This document shows positions 31,245 through 40,015 of a stretch of DNA of 64,000 bases, piece after piece. Source of the DNA: a virus; IMG/VR virus record IMGVR_UViG_3300024358_000010. The stretch is one strand, 5' to 3'. Positions within the stretch are counted from its first letter, which is position 1, and every line of letters begins with the position of its first letter. The notes under the pieces were generated by a model, which worked only from the letters and a program-made list of their open reading frames with translations, was not told the DNA's origin and made no database searches. Made by a program: the position numbers and the translations under genes.

Positions 31245-32749
31245 TTTTTGCTCTTTTTGACAACTTTAGCGCGCATATCTTTTAAAAAGTTTTCACGATC
31301 GCCAGACATCCAATCAGAGCCAAAATCAATAGTAATGTGCCCAGTGGGGCTGATACTGACCCTTGGTTTTGACAGATACGCGTAATATTCAGAAAATACT
31401 TCTTTAGGATTCGCAGGATCCGCAGAAAACGCTTCAACCTGCGAGGGCTTTTTAGATATCTTGTCAATCGAATCCTGAAGAGCGATCAATTTTTTCTCAA
31501 TATCGTCAATCTCATCGCCCAGTCTGGAAGCAAGCGAATTGTGCTTATCTCTAAAGATATCTATGCGGTCTTCGAGTTTATCAAAAAGTGCCATAACTCG
31601 ATTTTCAATCTGTTGAAGATCGACGGCATTTCCGTGTCTTATTTCTTCACGGATAGACTCCATCTCGTCGTATATATCCGCGATGTTGTAAGAGCGATAG
31701 TTGTTTACTAACTTCTTTATGCCATCTTCAATCACATCGTCCGGCAGCATAGAGTCGTCGTGCACTTCAAACTTAGATTCTTTATCGTTCTCGTCGTCGT
31801 ACCACTCAAACACACTCATCAGCTCGCCAGTCAGAGCAGGAAGAGAGCGGTTGATAAACTGGTGAATAGTTTTCAAACCGTCGTCGATGCGGCCAGAATA
31901 AATATCGTTTACATGCTTTCTAACATGCAGCGTATAGTTTCCAAACTGGATATCCCTGATCTCATCGTCGCCCATGCCCTCAACGCCGCGCTTCAGCATT
32001 CTGAATACGCCGTTGCCCACTAGGCGCAGCGCGTCACCATGCCTAAACTCGTAAACCGCGTCCGCTACCTGACCAGAGCGAATAATGTTCTTGGATAAAG
32101 TTTCCAACTGCTCAACCTTAAGCAGATCTTTTATGGATTTGTTAGTTTTTGCCAGGCGAGATTTTAAATAGTGTGCCATAGAGTCAATACAGCAGTCGCG
32201 CAACTTATTAAAATCGATCTCATCGATGTCATAAAAACCAACGTCAGATAATTCCGGTGTCGCTCTAAAAGTCGGAGTGTGATCTAGTCGAACTACATAA
32301 GTACGATCTTTACCGTCTTCGTAAAGATCTCTCAGCAGATCCTTATCTATCTTGACACCGGTTTCTTCTTCTAATTCGCGAACAGCTGCATCTTTGTGAG
32401 ATTCACCGTCATCTACGTGGCCACCAGGAAAAGACCATCTATAGTCGTCTTTAACTTGACGACCCATGAGAAGCTGGCCTTTATCGTTAACCACTATTAC
32501 AGCAGCGCCACCTGCTGACTTTTCAAGTTTCTTTTTATGCTTTTCTTTATGCCGTTTATGAGCGCCATGGTTCCATTTTCCACCATGATGCGCTTTGCCT
32601 TTATCTTCCGGCAGATCTTTATCAGATCCAGAATATTTTTCTGCAATAGATTTTGGAGGCCCGTTGTCGCCGCGCGATGTGTTTCCTGACTTGCCATGAA
32701 GTATGGCCATCATCATGCGGTATTGTTTTTTAGAAGCGAACGCGGGCAT
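31241..32749 (-). CDS. NUDIX hydrolase domain protein with basic N-terminus and coiled-coil C-terminus
   Basis: Complete Nudix box GGHVDDGESHKDAAVRELEEETG. Confidence 0.85.
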   Translation of the reverse strand: MPAFASKKQYRMMMAILHGKSGNTSRGDNGPPKSIAEKYSGSDKDLPEDKGKAHHGGKWNHGAHKRHKEKHKKKLEKSAGGAAVIVVNDKGQLLMGRQVKDDYRWSFPGGHVDDGESHKDAAVRELEEETGVKIDKDLLRDLYEDGKDRTYVVRLDHTPTFRATPELSDVGFYDIDEIDFNKLRDCCIDSMAHYLKSRLAKTNKSIKDLLKVEQLETLSKNIIRSGQVADAVYEFRHGDALRLVGNGVFRMLKRGVEGMGDDEIRDIQFGNYTLHVRKHVNDIYSGRIDDGLKTIHQFINRSLPALTGELMSVFEWYDDENDKESKFEVHDDSMLPDDVIEDGIKKLVNNYRSYNIADIYDEMESIREEIRHGNAVDLQQIENRVMALFDKLEDRIDIFRDKHNSLASRLGDEIDDIEKKLIALQDSIDKISKKPSQVEAFSADPANPKEVFSEYYAYLSKPRVSISPTGHITIDFGSDWMSGDRENFLKDMRAKVVKKSKK

Positions 32750-32790
32750 ATCTTACAACCTCTTAGGACCATTATATATTAATGCAAAAG

Positions 32791-33609
32791 TTAACTACCG
32801 ATACCTGCTACTAATTTCTCTGGCTTATTAACCAAAAAGTCTCTCTTTATAACTAGTTGCTGCGGAAGTCTGACCGACATCTTTGTACCATCTGGCATCA
32901 TCTGCTGAGTCACGCGAAGCTCCCGCATCGGCTGCAGAACGATATAAACCGGGTTTGCCCAGTATGAAACTGAATACGTCTGACCAATGTCGCTTATGTG
33001 GTCGTAGTTAGGCGTATGCCCAGGAATCCACTTAATATGGCCGTCTTCTATTGTAAAGTCGACGCCCTGCACAAACTCAACAACTTCGCTATCCGTTGCG
33101 GTTATTAGATAACCTACTTTTTCTATTGGGTATCTCAACTGTTGAAGATTGTCTGGTCGAGGCTCGTACTCCTTCAACTCCCACAACCTAACAGTATAGT
33201 CTAAAACTTCTAATTTATCGTACAGCGTAAAGTCAGCCTGCTCACCATCAGGGTATTCAGACGGCATAGTCACCGTTGCGCTACCTATTTCCCATGCGCC
33301 CTGGTATTCAAACTGCTTCTCTACTGAATTTGAAGAGAGTATCCCTACTATTTCTTTTGGATCATAGTATATGATGCCAGACCCGTCACACTGCTCGCAT
33401 GTTGGGTCATGGGAGTTATTATCTAATACTTTTAGATTTGGGCAGGGTAAGCTTTTATAATGTCTGAATCTTATCCCCCTCGCTACAAGAAGCTGATCAA
33501 AGTTTTGCTTGTAGCTAGAAGGGTCAGGCAGGACCTGCGGAAACATCGGGGGAGTAGACGTCGCTCCGGGCGCGAACACATGGTTTGGTTTTGACATCGT
33601 CTCCGACAT
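32791..33609 (-). CDS. Head-tail connector / head closure protein
   Basis: CPN...CEQCDGSG Cys cluster, FVQGVDFTIEDGHIKW; first gene of the neck block; AGGAG RBS. Confidence 0.55.
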   Translation of the reverse strand: MSETMSKPNHVFAPGATSTPPMFPQVLPDPSSYKQNFDQLLVARGIRFRHYKSLPCPNLKVLDNNSHDPTCEQCDGSGIIYYDPKEIVGILSSNSVEKQFEYQGAWEIGSATVTMPSEYPDGEQADFTLYDKLEVLDYTVRLWELKEYEPRPDNLQQLRYPIEKVGYLITATDSEVVEFVQGVDFTIEDGHIKWIPGHTPNYDHISDIGQTYSVSYWANPVYIVLQPMRELRVTQQMMPDGTKMSVRLPQQLVIKRDFLVNKPEKLVAGIGS

Positions 33610-33650
33610 AAAATACTCCTAAGGTCTCTAATAAATTATACTGGGACTAA

Positions 33651-33917
33651 GTGGTGGACAAAGGCACAGATATACTTCAAAAAATAGCAGACACGGGCGA
33701 CTGCGAGCTTCTAGGGGAGAATCCCTGCTCCAAGTGTCCGCTTGCTAGACTGAAAAAACGTCCCGATGGTATGGGCTGGCTCAGCTGCTTTGAAGCTATT
33801 GGTGCCCCAGACTTCCAAGATATCCGCGCTAAGTATAAAAGAGCAGCTGAGGCCAAATTAATCGAGATGGCCATAGAGAGCGCGATAAATAATGAAGCGG
33901 AAAAATTGGATAACTGA
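33651..33917 (+). CDS. Hypothetical Cys-rich protein
   Basis: GDC..PCSKCPL..SC; divergent from the late module. Confidence 0.55.
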   Translation: MVDKGTDILQKIADTGDCELLGENPCSKCPLARLKKRPDGMGWLSCFEAIGAPDFQDIRAKYKRAAEAKLIEMAIESAINNEAEKLDN

Positions 33918-34024
33918 TATCTTTAACTTAGAAGCGTCCAATACGGTCTATTTCATGTTTACACTTTACCGAATGATGGTCGTAGGTAAGAGTGCGCCGC
34001 ATGACGCTATGAAGGTGGTGCAAG

Positions 34025-34570
34025 ATGGTGCGAAAATTAAACGGTAACGGTCTAACCCTCATAAAATCTTTCGAGGGGTGCAAATTAGAAGCCTATCCAG
34101 ATCCTGCATCCCCTTTGGCCATAGAGATGAGAAGGCCGCCGAACGCAAGAAGGCCTGGGTGGGAGTCGCTGTCGGGTTCACCTTGGACCATCGGGTGGGG
34201 TTCGACCGGCTTAGACACGTTCAACCTGACACCAGACGGAAAACCTAGCCAGATAGGTCCGGGCACCAAGTGGACGCAGGCTCAAGCGGATGAAAGAAAA
34301 TCTGCGGATCTTGATAAGTTTTGCTCAGACGTTTCTAAGCTGCTGAAGATTGAGGTGACTGATAACCAGTTCGCCGCGCTGGTAAGCTTCGCGTACAACG
34401 CAGGCGTGGGCAATTTGAAAAGCTCTACCTTACTTAGACTGGTCAACCAGGGCAAGCATCTTGAAGCGTCAAACGAGTTTCTCAGGTGGACCAAGGCTCA
34501 GGGCAAAGAGCTTCCGGGCCTAGTCAGAAGGCGCGAAGCCGAGCGCCGCCTTTTCCTCACGCCCGGCTGA
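34025..34570 (+). CDS. Endolysin, GH24 phage lysozyme
   Basis: LIKSFEGCKLEAYPD, WTIGWG, QFAALVSFAYNAG, LPGLVRRREAERRLF. Confidence 0.95.
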   Translation: MVRKLNGNGLTLIKSFEGCKLEAYPDPASPLAIEMRRPPNARRPGWESLSGSPWTIGWGSTGLDTFNLTPDGKPSQIGPGTKWTQAQADERKSADLDKFCSDVSKLLKIEVTDNQFAALVSFAYNAGVGNLKSSTLLRLVNQGKHLEASNEFLRWTKAQGKELPGLVRRREAERRLFLTPG

Positions 34571-34626
34571 TCGGTTTTTAGTTTTTATTTTGTGTTTTAA
34601 TCTAGTAATTTTAACTATTTACCACA

Positions 34627-35232
34627 ATGCCACGCTTAAGCTTGCAGCAAAAACGACAAGAAAACATATCGATCCTATCGCAGTCGCTGCCGTCAACTGA
34701 CCCGAATGCCTACGTGATCGAGCGGCGCGACTATTCCCGGAGCAACTCCGACGAGCGCCTCTACAAAACTAAGTGGTGGCCGACGCTGATGCGGCTCTAC
34801 GACTGCCGGTGCGCGCTGTGCGGTGCGGACCGCGACGGTATCGAGCTGGATCACTTCTGGATACCCAAGTCCCACGGCGGCAACCTCCTCCTCCGTCACC
34901 AGCTGACCAACCAGATCATCAACAACGGCGTGCCACTCTGCACGGCCTGCAACCGCCACAAGCAAGAGTCGATCGCCAAGCTCAACGATTCCCAGCTCGT
35001 GCGGATCGCCGACGCCAACCGCGAGATCACGGCCATGATAAACGGCGTTGCCGCCGTGGAGCCGCTGGCCAAGCTTCACCGCTATGAACCCGGCGATGAG
35101 CGTCGAGCGCTGGGCGTTGAGTCGGGCAGCGTGCTGTATATGGCTAGACTTTACAAAGCAGACCCCAGGCCGGAAACGCTTGAAAGTTTAAAAAGATATA
35201 TAGATCACTATCTACTGGTCCGGGAGGACTGA
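34627..35232 (+). CDS. HNH endonuclease
   Basis: CALCG...ELDHFWIPKSHGG...NGVPLCTACNRHK. Confidence 0.85.
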   Translation: MPRLSLQQKRQENISILSQSLPSTDPNAYVIERRDYSRSNSDERLYKTKWWPTLMRLYDCRCALCGADRDGIELDHFWIPKSHGGNLLLRHQLTNQIINNGVPLCTACNRHKQESIAKLNDSQLVRIADANREITAMINGVAAVEPLAKLHRYEPGDERRALGVESGSVLYMARLYKADPRPETLESLKRYIDHYLLVRED

Positions 35233-35234
35233 GC

Positions 35235-35411
35235 ATGGACTCGGCATATCTGGAGAATTACCTCAAGCGCGAGGGTCTCAGCGTGTGGCGGCTGCGCAGG
35301 CTGATACTGACCGTGAGGGTGCTGCGCCTTGCATCGTTCGATCCCGCGAACGGCGGACTAGCAGACATGGAAGCCTCGTTCAGCAGGAGGTGGGCAGATG
35401 CGCACGCATGA
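35235..35411 (+). CDS. Microprotein (58 aa)
   Basis: Own translation MDSAYLENYLKREGLSVWRLRRLILTVRVLRLAS...; GGAGG upstream. Confidence 0.55.
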   Translation: MDSAYLENYLKREGLSVWRLRRLILTVRVLRLASFDPANGGLADMEASFSRRWADAHA

Positions 35412-35514
35412 TTTTTGGCGCTTGGATAGCTTTTTAGATGTTGCCCTGAAGATGAGGATGCTGAGCAAGAGGTCGGCCGCTTTGGTAGCGTATGGCTTTG
35501 CGGATGTACTTTAG
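35398..35514 (+). CDS. Microprotein (38 aa)
   Basis: MRTHDFWRLDSFLDVALKMRMLSKR...; AGGAGG RBS. Confidence 0.5.
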   Translation: MRTHDFWRLDSFLDVALKMRMLSKRSAALVAYGFADVL

Positions 35515-35552
35515 CCGCTGAGAGCATGCAACAAGGGACCCTACTTTTATTA

Positions 35553-35581
35553 GGGAGGGTAGCGGGTGGGTATGGGCCGGG
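35553..35581 (+). other. Six GGG tracts, potential G-quadruplex
   Basis: GGGAGGGTAGCGGGTGGGTATGGGCCGGG in non-coding DNA. Confidence 0.5.
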
Positions 35582-35685
35582 CCTTTAATCGGGTGGTTCC
35601 ACCTTTATAGAGTATTTGCGCTGCGGGGACCCCATTTTCCGAGGGATTCCTTAGTGTTCTGGAGGCTAGCGGGTATTTCCGAGTC

Positions 35686-35808
35686 TATTATTAAATATAA
35701 TTAATTAAATAATTAAAATTAATTAATTATTAAATTTAATTAAAATTAATTATATAAATCTGAAACTATTAATATATATAATTAAATAATAATAAATATT
35801 ATTATATA
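35686..35808. other. Almost pure A/T tract containing two tandem promoter-like motifs
   Basis: About 120 bp with only a few G/C bases; CCGA/CTGA-N13-TATAAT at 35679 and 35760. Confidence 0.8.
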
Positions 35809-35845
35809 GAGACTGGTGCCAATCAACACTATTGGGAGGTGTACT

Positions 35846-36217
35846 ATGGACAAGTTTGCCAGCCAACAAGCAGCCTTGCGTGCAGCCCTGACAATTGTGC
35901 TTGGATCCGAGCCTGTCAAGGGCCAACTGGTCATCACCGACGAGCAGCGTGCCGCCGTGGGACAATTGATGATGCAGTGGTTGAGGGAGGAGCGCTGGAC
36001 GATCAAGGAGGGTACGCGCGCCGCGGCCGAACCTATGATGTACATAACTGGTCGCAGGCCGACCGACCTGATCCAAGCCTGGGTGAACCCCAGGAAGAAG
36101 GAGAAGAGTGAGGAGGTTGGTGGTGACAAGCTCGCCCTCATCAAGCAGGCAGTTGACGCTGGGCTGATGAGCAAGGAGCAGGCGCAAGAGCTGATCATGA
36201 AGTTCCTGGCTGCGTGA
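35846..36217 (+). CDS. Early protein, divergent member of the SQ-x-x-A paralogue family
   Basis: GGGAGGT RBS; SQQAAL...YITG..LIQAW aligns loosely with 37714, 41518 and 57968. Confidence 0.75.
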   Translation: MDKFASQQAALRAALTIVLGSEPVKGQLVITDEQRAAVGQLMMQWLREERWTIKEGTRAAAEPMMYITGRRPTDLIQAWVNPRKKEKSEEVGGDKLALIKQAVDAGLMSKEQAQELIMKFLAA

Positions 36218-36220
36218 TCT

Positions 36221-36232
36221 GTAGCAGTGTCG
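36221..36232. repeat. 12-bp motif GTAGCAGTGTCG / CGACACTGCTAC (copy 1 of 5)
   Basis: Exact copies at 36221 and 37054 (one orientation) and 39344, 41360 and 51558 (reverse orientation). Confidence 0.85.
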
Positions 36233-36287
36233 GGCGGGACTCACGGATCCGAGTCCCCTAGAGGCAACCCGAAACTAGGAGGTAGCT

Positions 36288-36356
36288 ATGATCATTGAGA
36301 TAGCGCTGACGATAGCGACGATCATCGTGTGCAACCTGCTGCTCCGCGCAGCGTAA
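36288..36356 (+). CDS. 22-aa hydrophobic peptide
   Basis: MIIEIALTIATIIVCNLLLRAA with AGGAGGT RBS. Confidence 0.6.
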   Translation: MIIEIALTIATIIVCNLLLRAA

Positions 36357-36370
36357 CCAGGAGGTCCGAT

Positions 36371-36595
36371 ATGAGAGTGCAGTTCAAGTCAAGGCACGAG
36401 GCAACCATCTCCTTCACGGCCGAGTCGTTCGAGAAGCTGATGTCTAAGCAGTTCGACGAGCTCGAGTGCGTGATGGTCGACGAGCGGGTGATCGTGATCA
36501 CGAGGTCGCAGCTCGTGTTCCTGTGGGCTAAGACGCGCGACTGGCGCAAGGTGCCGCACTCCAGCACTATGGTGAAGATACTGAAAGTAGCGTAG
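36371..36595 (+). CDS. Hypothetical early protein
   Basis: AGGAGG RBS before MRVQFKSR. Confidence 0.7.
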   Translation: MRVQFKSRHEATISFTAESFEKLMSKQFDELECVMVDERVIVITRSQLVFLWAKTRDWRKVPHSSTMVKILKVA

Positions 36596-36650
36596 CTGTT
36601 ATGGGCTCACGGATGAGCCCCTAGAGGCAACCCGAAACTAGGAGGTTATT

Positions 36651-37025
36651 ATGAGCAGCAACAACGACATCATCCAAGTGATCATGAACGACCTCAACGC
36701 CCACCCGCAGCGCGGCCGCATCGACGTGATGGACCCGCTGGCGGATGAAATGGGCCTCGACAGCGTTCTGCCCGGCGACGTCGTGATCGCGCCCGACTTC
36801 GATGACGATGAGCTGTGTGCCGCCGGCGACACCGACGGCGTGAACGAGCTGGCCGAATGGTACAACGGCACGCTGTACATCCAGATCGACCGGGTGATGA
36901 ACTCGCTCGGGTACGAGATGATCCACGAGAACGACGGCAGCGGCGGCGGACTCTACTACGGCATAGTCCAGTACCGCAAGCGGTTTCTGACCGACACCAC
37001 GACCCGGCTGCGCATCGTCAAGTAA
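36651..37025 (+). CDS. Acidic early protein ending in LRIVK
   Basis: AGGAGGT RBS; cassette position. Confidence 0.75.
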   Translation: MSSNNDIIQVIMNDLNAHPQRGRIDVMDPLADEMGLDSVLPGDVVIAPDFDDDELCAAGDTDGVNELAEWYNGTLYIQIDRVMNSLGYEMIHENDGSGGGLYYGIVQYRKRFLTDTTTRLRIVK

Positions 37026-37117
37026 TCTTTGTGGGCTCACGGATGAGCCTTCTGTAGCAGTGTCGCCCGCATTCGCCATCCCCGAAACTATTATCAAGTA
37101 TAATAAGGAGATGCAAC

Positions 37118-37387
37118 ATGAGCAACCAAAACCTTATCACCCAGATCAAGCAGTTCTTGGACTCAAACGACTCAGCACCTGGCGCTCGCTGCTTTGTGCT
37201 GCAGCACATCCGCGATGTGCCTGATACTGAGTTCAGTGCGATCTATGAAGAGTCTGAGGGTGTCAATGACACAGAGCGCAACGCGCTGATCGATTCCATG
37301 ACTGATGCGCAATTGCTGGAGCTGTCTGCGAGCTTGCTCGAGATCGCCAGCGAGAAGATCCTGTATCTTGAAGACTCTGTACGGTAA
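37118..37387 (+). CDS. Hypothetical early protein
   Basis: AAGGAG RBS after the promoter motif. Confidence 0.75.
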   Translation: MSNQNLITQIKQFLDSNDSAPGARCFVLQHIRDVPDTEFSAIYEESEGVNDTERNALIDSMTDAQLLELSASLLEIASEKILYLEDSVR

Positions 37388-37410
37388 CCAACTCAACTAA
37401 GGAGGTCAAC

Positions 37411-37611
37411 ATGTACGCCTTGAATGTCCGCTCTCCTGACTATGAGACTGCTATCGGGTTCGGGCCCACATGCGACGGTGTTGTCAAGATTATGCTGGTC
37501 GACGTGATGAGCGTCCGCGATCAAGTCTACTTCTACATCGCTGAGGATCTACTTGCCAACCTCGCTGAGGGTGAGATCTTGCCGCCAAACAGTCTACTGA
37601 CTATCTGCTGA
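37411..37611 (+). CDS. Hypothetical early protein
   Basis: AAGGAGGT RBS. Confidence 0.7.
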   Translation: MYALNVRSPDYETAIGFGPTCDGVVKIMLVDVMSVRDQVYFYIAEDLLANLAEGEILPPNSLLTIC

Positions 37612-37713
37612 TTATCTCGGGCTCACGGATGAGCCCAACTATCTCCGAAATTAACATTAAATATAAATGATGACGATCAAGTTAATCAACCAACCAAATA
37701 TCAGGAGAACAAC

Positions 37714-38220
37714 ATGAGCAAGCTATCACAACACGCCGCAGTCGTCCAAGTCACCCAAGCCCACTTCGGTGAGCGCTTCATCCCCGGCTCCGACATCAAA
37801 GAGATCGCGACCAAGTCCGACAAGCAAGTCATCGCCACCAAGATCGCCGAGATGATGCTCGAAGGTGCGGTCGAGCTGAGCGATGGCGCCCGAGCCAAGT
37901 ACGGCGAGTCCGCCGAGACCCTAACGAGCAAGTACGTGGTCGGCATGGTCACCAACTGGTTCAACAAGTCCAAGGAGCTTAACGGTGGCGTCAAGTACGA
38001 AGCCAAGAATCCTGGCTCGCGGTTCGGTGCCGGTGATGCGCAGCTGAAAGAGCTCAACCTCCTCCGCAAGCAGCTCGTCGAGATCGGCAACGAAGACGGC
38101 GTCGCGCGGTGTGACGAAGCCATCGCGCAGCGCAAAGAGTTCCTGCGCGAACAGAACCAGCCGAAAGTTGAGATCAACGCAGACAACCTCCCAGCTAACC
38201 TTCGCGATCTAGTCGGTTAA
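37714..38220 (+). CDS. Early protein, paralogue family (NWFNK..LNGG.KYEAKNPGSR)
   Basis: C-terminal half nearly identical to 41518-42033; AGGAG RBS. Confidence 0.85.
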   Translation: MSKLSQHAAVVQVTQAHFGERFIPGSDIKEIATKSDKQVIATKIAEMMLEGAVELSDGARAKYGESAETLTSKYVVGMVTNWFNKSKELNGGVKYEAKNPGSRFGAGDAQLKELNLLRKQLVEIGNEDGVARCDEAIAQRKEFLREQNQPKVEINADNLPANLRDLVG

Positions 38221-38318
38221 TCAGCAGCGCGGATGAGCTCACGGACGAGCTCATCCTTCGCTTCTTCTGATCTTATTAATTAATATGATCAACAACTAAC
38301 TACGAAAGCGAGATCAAC

Positions 38319-38576
38319 ATGAGCAACGCACAGCACATCTTAGACAACTGTGATCTTCTCGTTAAAGCTGACTGCAAGATCGTTGATGACGTTGTGTACG
38401 AGCGCTGTAAGTTTGTTGACCCTCTGTTTACAAAGTCTGAGTTCGTAAATACTGATACTGAGACATACTATCTGAACGACGATGATCACGTGTATCGCTT
38501 CTTCATCACTGACGACGACTACGACTATGTGACTGACGCTGAGACTGTAAGCAAGCTCAACGATCTCTTCAAGTGA
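38319..38576 (+). CDS. Hypothetical acidic early protein
   Basis: ORF filling the space between two hairpins. Confidence 0.7.
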   Translation: MSNAQHILDNCDLLVKADCKIVDDVVYERCKFVDPLFTKSEFVNTDTETYYLNDDDHVYRFFITDDDYDYVTDAETVSKLNDLFK

Positions 38577-38642
38577 TCTGATCGCGAGCTCGAAGATGAG
38601 CTCGCTTCTCTTCTCAAACCCAGCAACCACTCAGGAGACGCT

Positions 38643-38804
38643 ATGAAAATCAATGATCGAGTGTCTACTCCAGAAGGTGATGGTGTTGTTGTTAGTTTAT
38701 CCATAGACAATGATATGTTTGAGAGCGAAGAAGGACCCAACATCTGTGTTCAACTAGATTCTGGGGATGTGCTTTACTTTTATAGCGATGAGTTAACTAC
38801 TTAA
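38643..38804 (+). CDS. Small SH3/KOW-like protein (53 aa)
   Basis: Own translation MKINDRVSTPEGDGVVVSL...ICVQLDSGDVLYFYSDEL; AGGAG RBS. Confidence 0.65.
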   Translation: MKINDRVSTPEGDGVVVSLSIDNDMFESEEGPNICVQLDSGDVLYFYSDELTT

Positions 38805-38835
38805 GCTTAGACTCACAACCGCTCAGGAGGTCAGC

Positions 38836-39111
38836 ATGTTTACGAGTGAAGATCTTGGTGGTCACGTCATTAAAGTTGATACTGTACTCCGCTATGATGA
38901 CAGCGACCGATCCCATATCCTCGTGCTGTCTGATACTGACTCTGATGGTCTAGTCCACATCTACTACGGACCAAGTCTGGCAGATGCGCTGCAAGAAATA
39001 TCTGAGCTGGTTGACTCCTCTGAGATGGCAACCTTAAGCAACCAGCTCAATACGTACCTGAGTGAGTATCACTCCAGCTTCTTAGCTCAACAACAAAGGA
39101 GGTCAACATGA
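38836..39111 (+). CDS. Hypothetical early protein
   Basis: AGGAGGT RBS. Confidence 0.7.
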   Translation: MFTSEDLGGHVIKVDTVLRYDDSDRSHILVLSDTDSDGLVHIYYGPSLADALQEISELVDSSEMATLSNQLNTYLSEYHSSFLAQQQRRST

Positions 39112-39317
39112 TAACCAAGCGAGACATAGTGCGGATGGCGATGGTGTCGGCTGACAGCATGACAACCAACGTGTATGATCTTGACTACTACCGAGCGCGG
39201 ATCAAGTTCGTCGACGACTACCAGCCAAGCAAACCAACCACCAAGTTCAAGACCGACCGCGAGCGAGTTAAAGAGTTGCAGAAGAAGAATAACAACTACA
39301 AAGATATCCGCAGTTAA
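39108..39317 (+). CDS. Hypothetical early protein
   Basis: AGGAGGT RBS; ATGA overlap with the upstream gene. Confidence 0.7.
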   Translation: MITKRDIVRMAMVSADSMTTNVYDLDYYRARIKFVDDYQPSKPTTKFKTDRERVKELQKKNNNYKDIRS

Positions 39318-39422
39318 CCGTCTGGTGCAGCCTCAAGCTGCACCGACACTGCTACGCCCAAGCCCGCCACAGCGCGCCGGTTGTTTCCGAAACTATTAAT
39401 TAATATAATTAAGGAGGTCAAA

Positions 39423-39590
39423 ATGAAAGTTATACTGTCGAACAGTGACGATAGTCTAGGGATCGGTAAAATCCTAGTCTTTGAAGAAAACGACGTGTCG
39501 ATATCGATCTCCTCAGAAGAGGAGTGGTGTGTAGTCGATCACTCCGATAATGATCGTTGTTACTACGGGTACGATCTGGTTAAACTCTAA
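39423..39590 (+). CDS. Hypothetical early protein
   Basis: AAGGAGGT RBS before MKVILS. Confidence 0.65.
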   Translation: MKVILSNSDDSLGIGKILVFEENDVSISISSEEEWCVVDHSDNDRCYYGYDLVKL

Positions 39591-39666
39591 AGTAAATTGG
39601 GGTCATGGATGACCCCACTTGAGTTTCCGAAACCAATCTTACATGTGAATAACTCAGGAGGTCAAA

Positions 39667-39936
39667 ATGATAGCAAATGTCAAACTTGAAGGCACTATCA
39701 ACCGCATCGTTACTCTTGCTGGACACCGCTTTGAAGCGTTTGATGAGTCATTCCGCTTCGCAGATGGCCCTAACTGCGACGAGTACGTAGCCGACCATGA
39801 TCTCAAACTAGCCGAACAATTAGACTCACTGTGTGAATTGTTTGCTGTCACCGATAACCAAGACGTCAGCTATGATGTTGACCTTGCAACAAAACAGATC
39901 TCCAACCTTAAAGTTGAATTAGTTGATCTCGACTAG
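39667..39936 (+). CDS. Hypothetical early protein
   Basis: AGGAGGT RBS. Confidence 0.7.
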   Translation: MIANVKLEGTINRIVTLAGHRFEAFDESFRFADGPNCDEYVADHDLKLAEQLDSLCELFAVTDNQDVSYDVDLATKQISNLKVELVDLD

Positions 39937-40015
39937 ACCTTCGGAGGGCGCTCGGGACTCACGGATGAGTCCCACTACCTCCGAATCAATTAGAGGGTAT
40001 AAATAGGAGGTCAAC

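Larger units (their letters stand above)
36255..36646 (+). repeat. 29-bp perfect direct repeat CCCCTAGAGGCAACCCGAAACTAGGAGGT
   Basis: Copies at 36255-36283 and 36618-36646, each ending in the RBS. Confidence 0.9.
36236..39973 (+). repeat. Dispersed intergenic hairpins with A(N)GGA loop (7 copies plus 1 variant)
   Basis: 36236-36257, 36603-36620, 37034-37049, 37619-37636, 38231-38256, 39598-39617, 39954-39973; variant loop GAAGAT at 38584-38605. Confidence 0.9.

Noticed and set aside
354-32023. Plus-strand ORFs within the structural module, and minus-strand ORFs in 35.2-57.9 kb
   Set aside because: They are antisense shadows of well-supported genes, with no RBS or recognisable motifs.
1-33609. 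Tailocin or extracellular contractile injection system in a bacterial chromosome
   Set aside because: It is contiguous with neck genes, an early region, nrdAB and a ligase, and no bacterial housekeeping context is present.
36603-36646. Hammerhead ribozyme (CGGATGAG...CGAAAC resembles CUGAUGA...GAAA)
   Set aside because: The core reads CGGAUGA rather than CUGAUGA, no consistent stem II forms across copies, and GATGAG is already paired in the conserved hairpin.
36236-39973. CRISPR array or mini-array
   Set aside because: The repeats are hundreds of bases apart and separated by whole genes, their stems vary, and there are no cas genes in the window.
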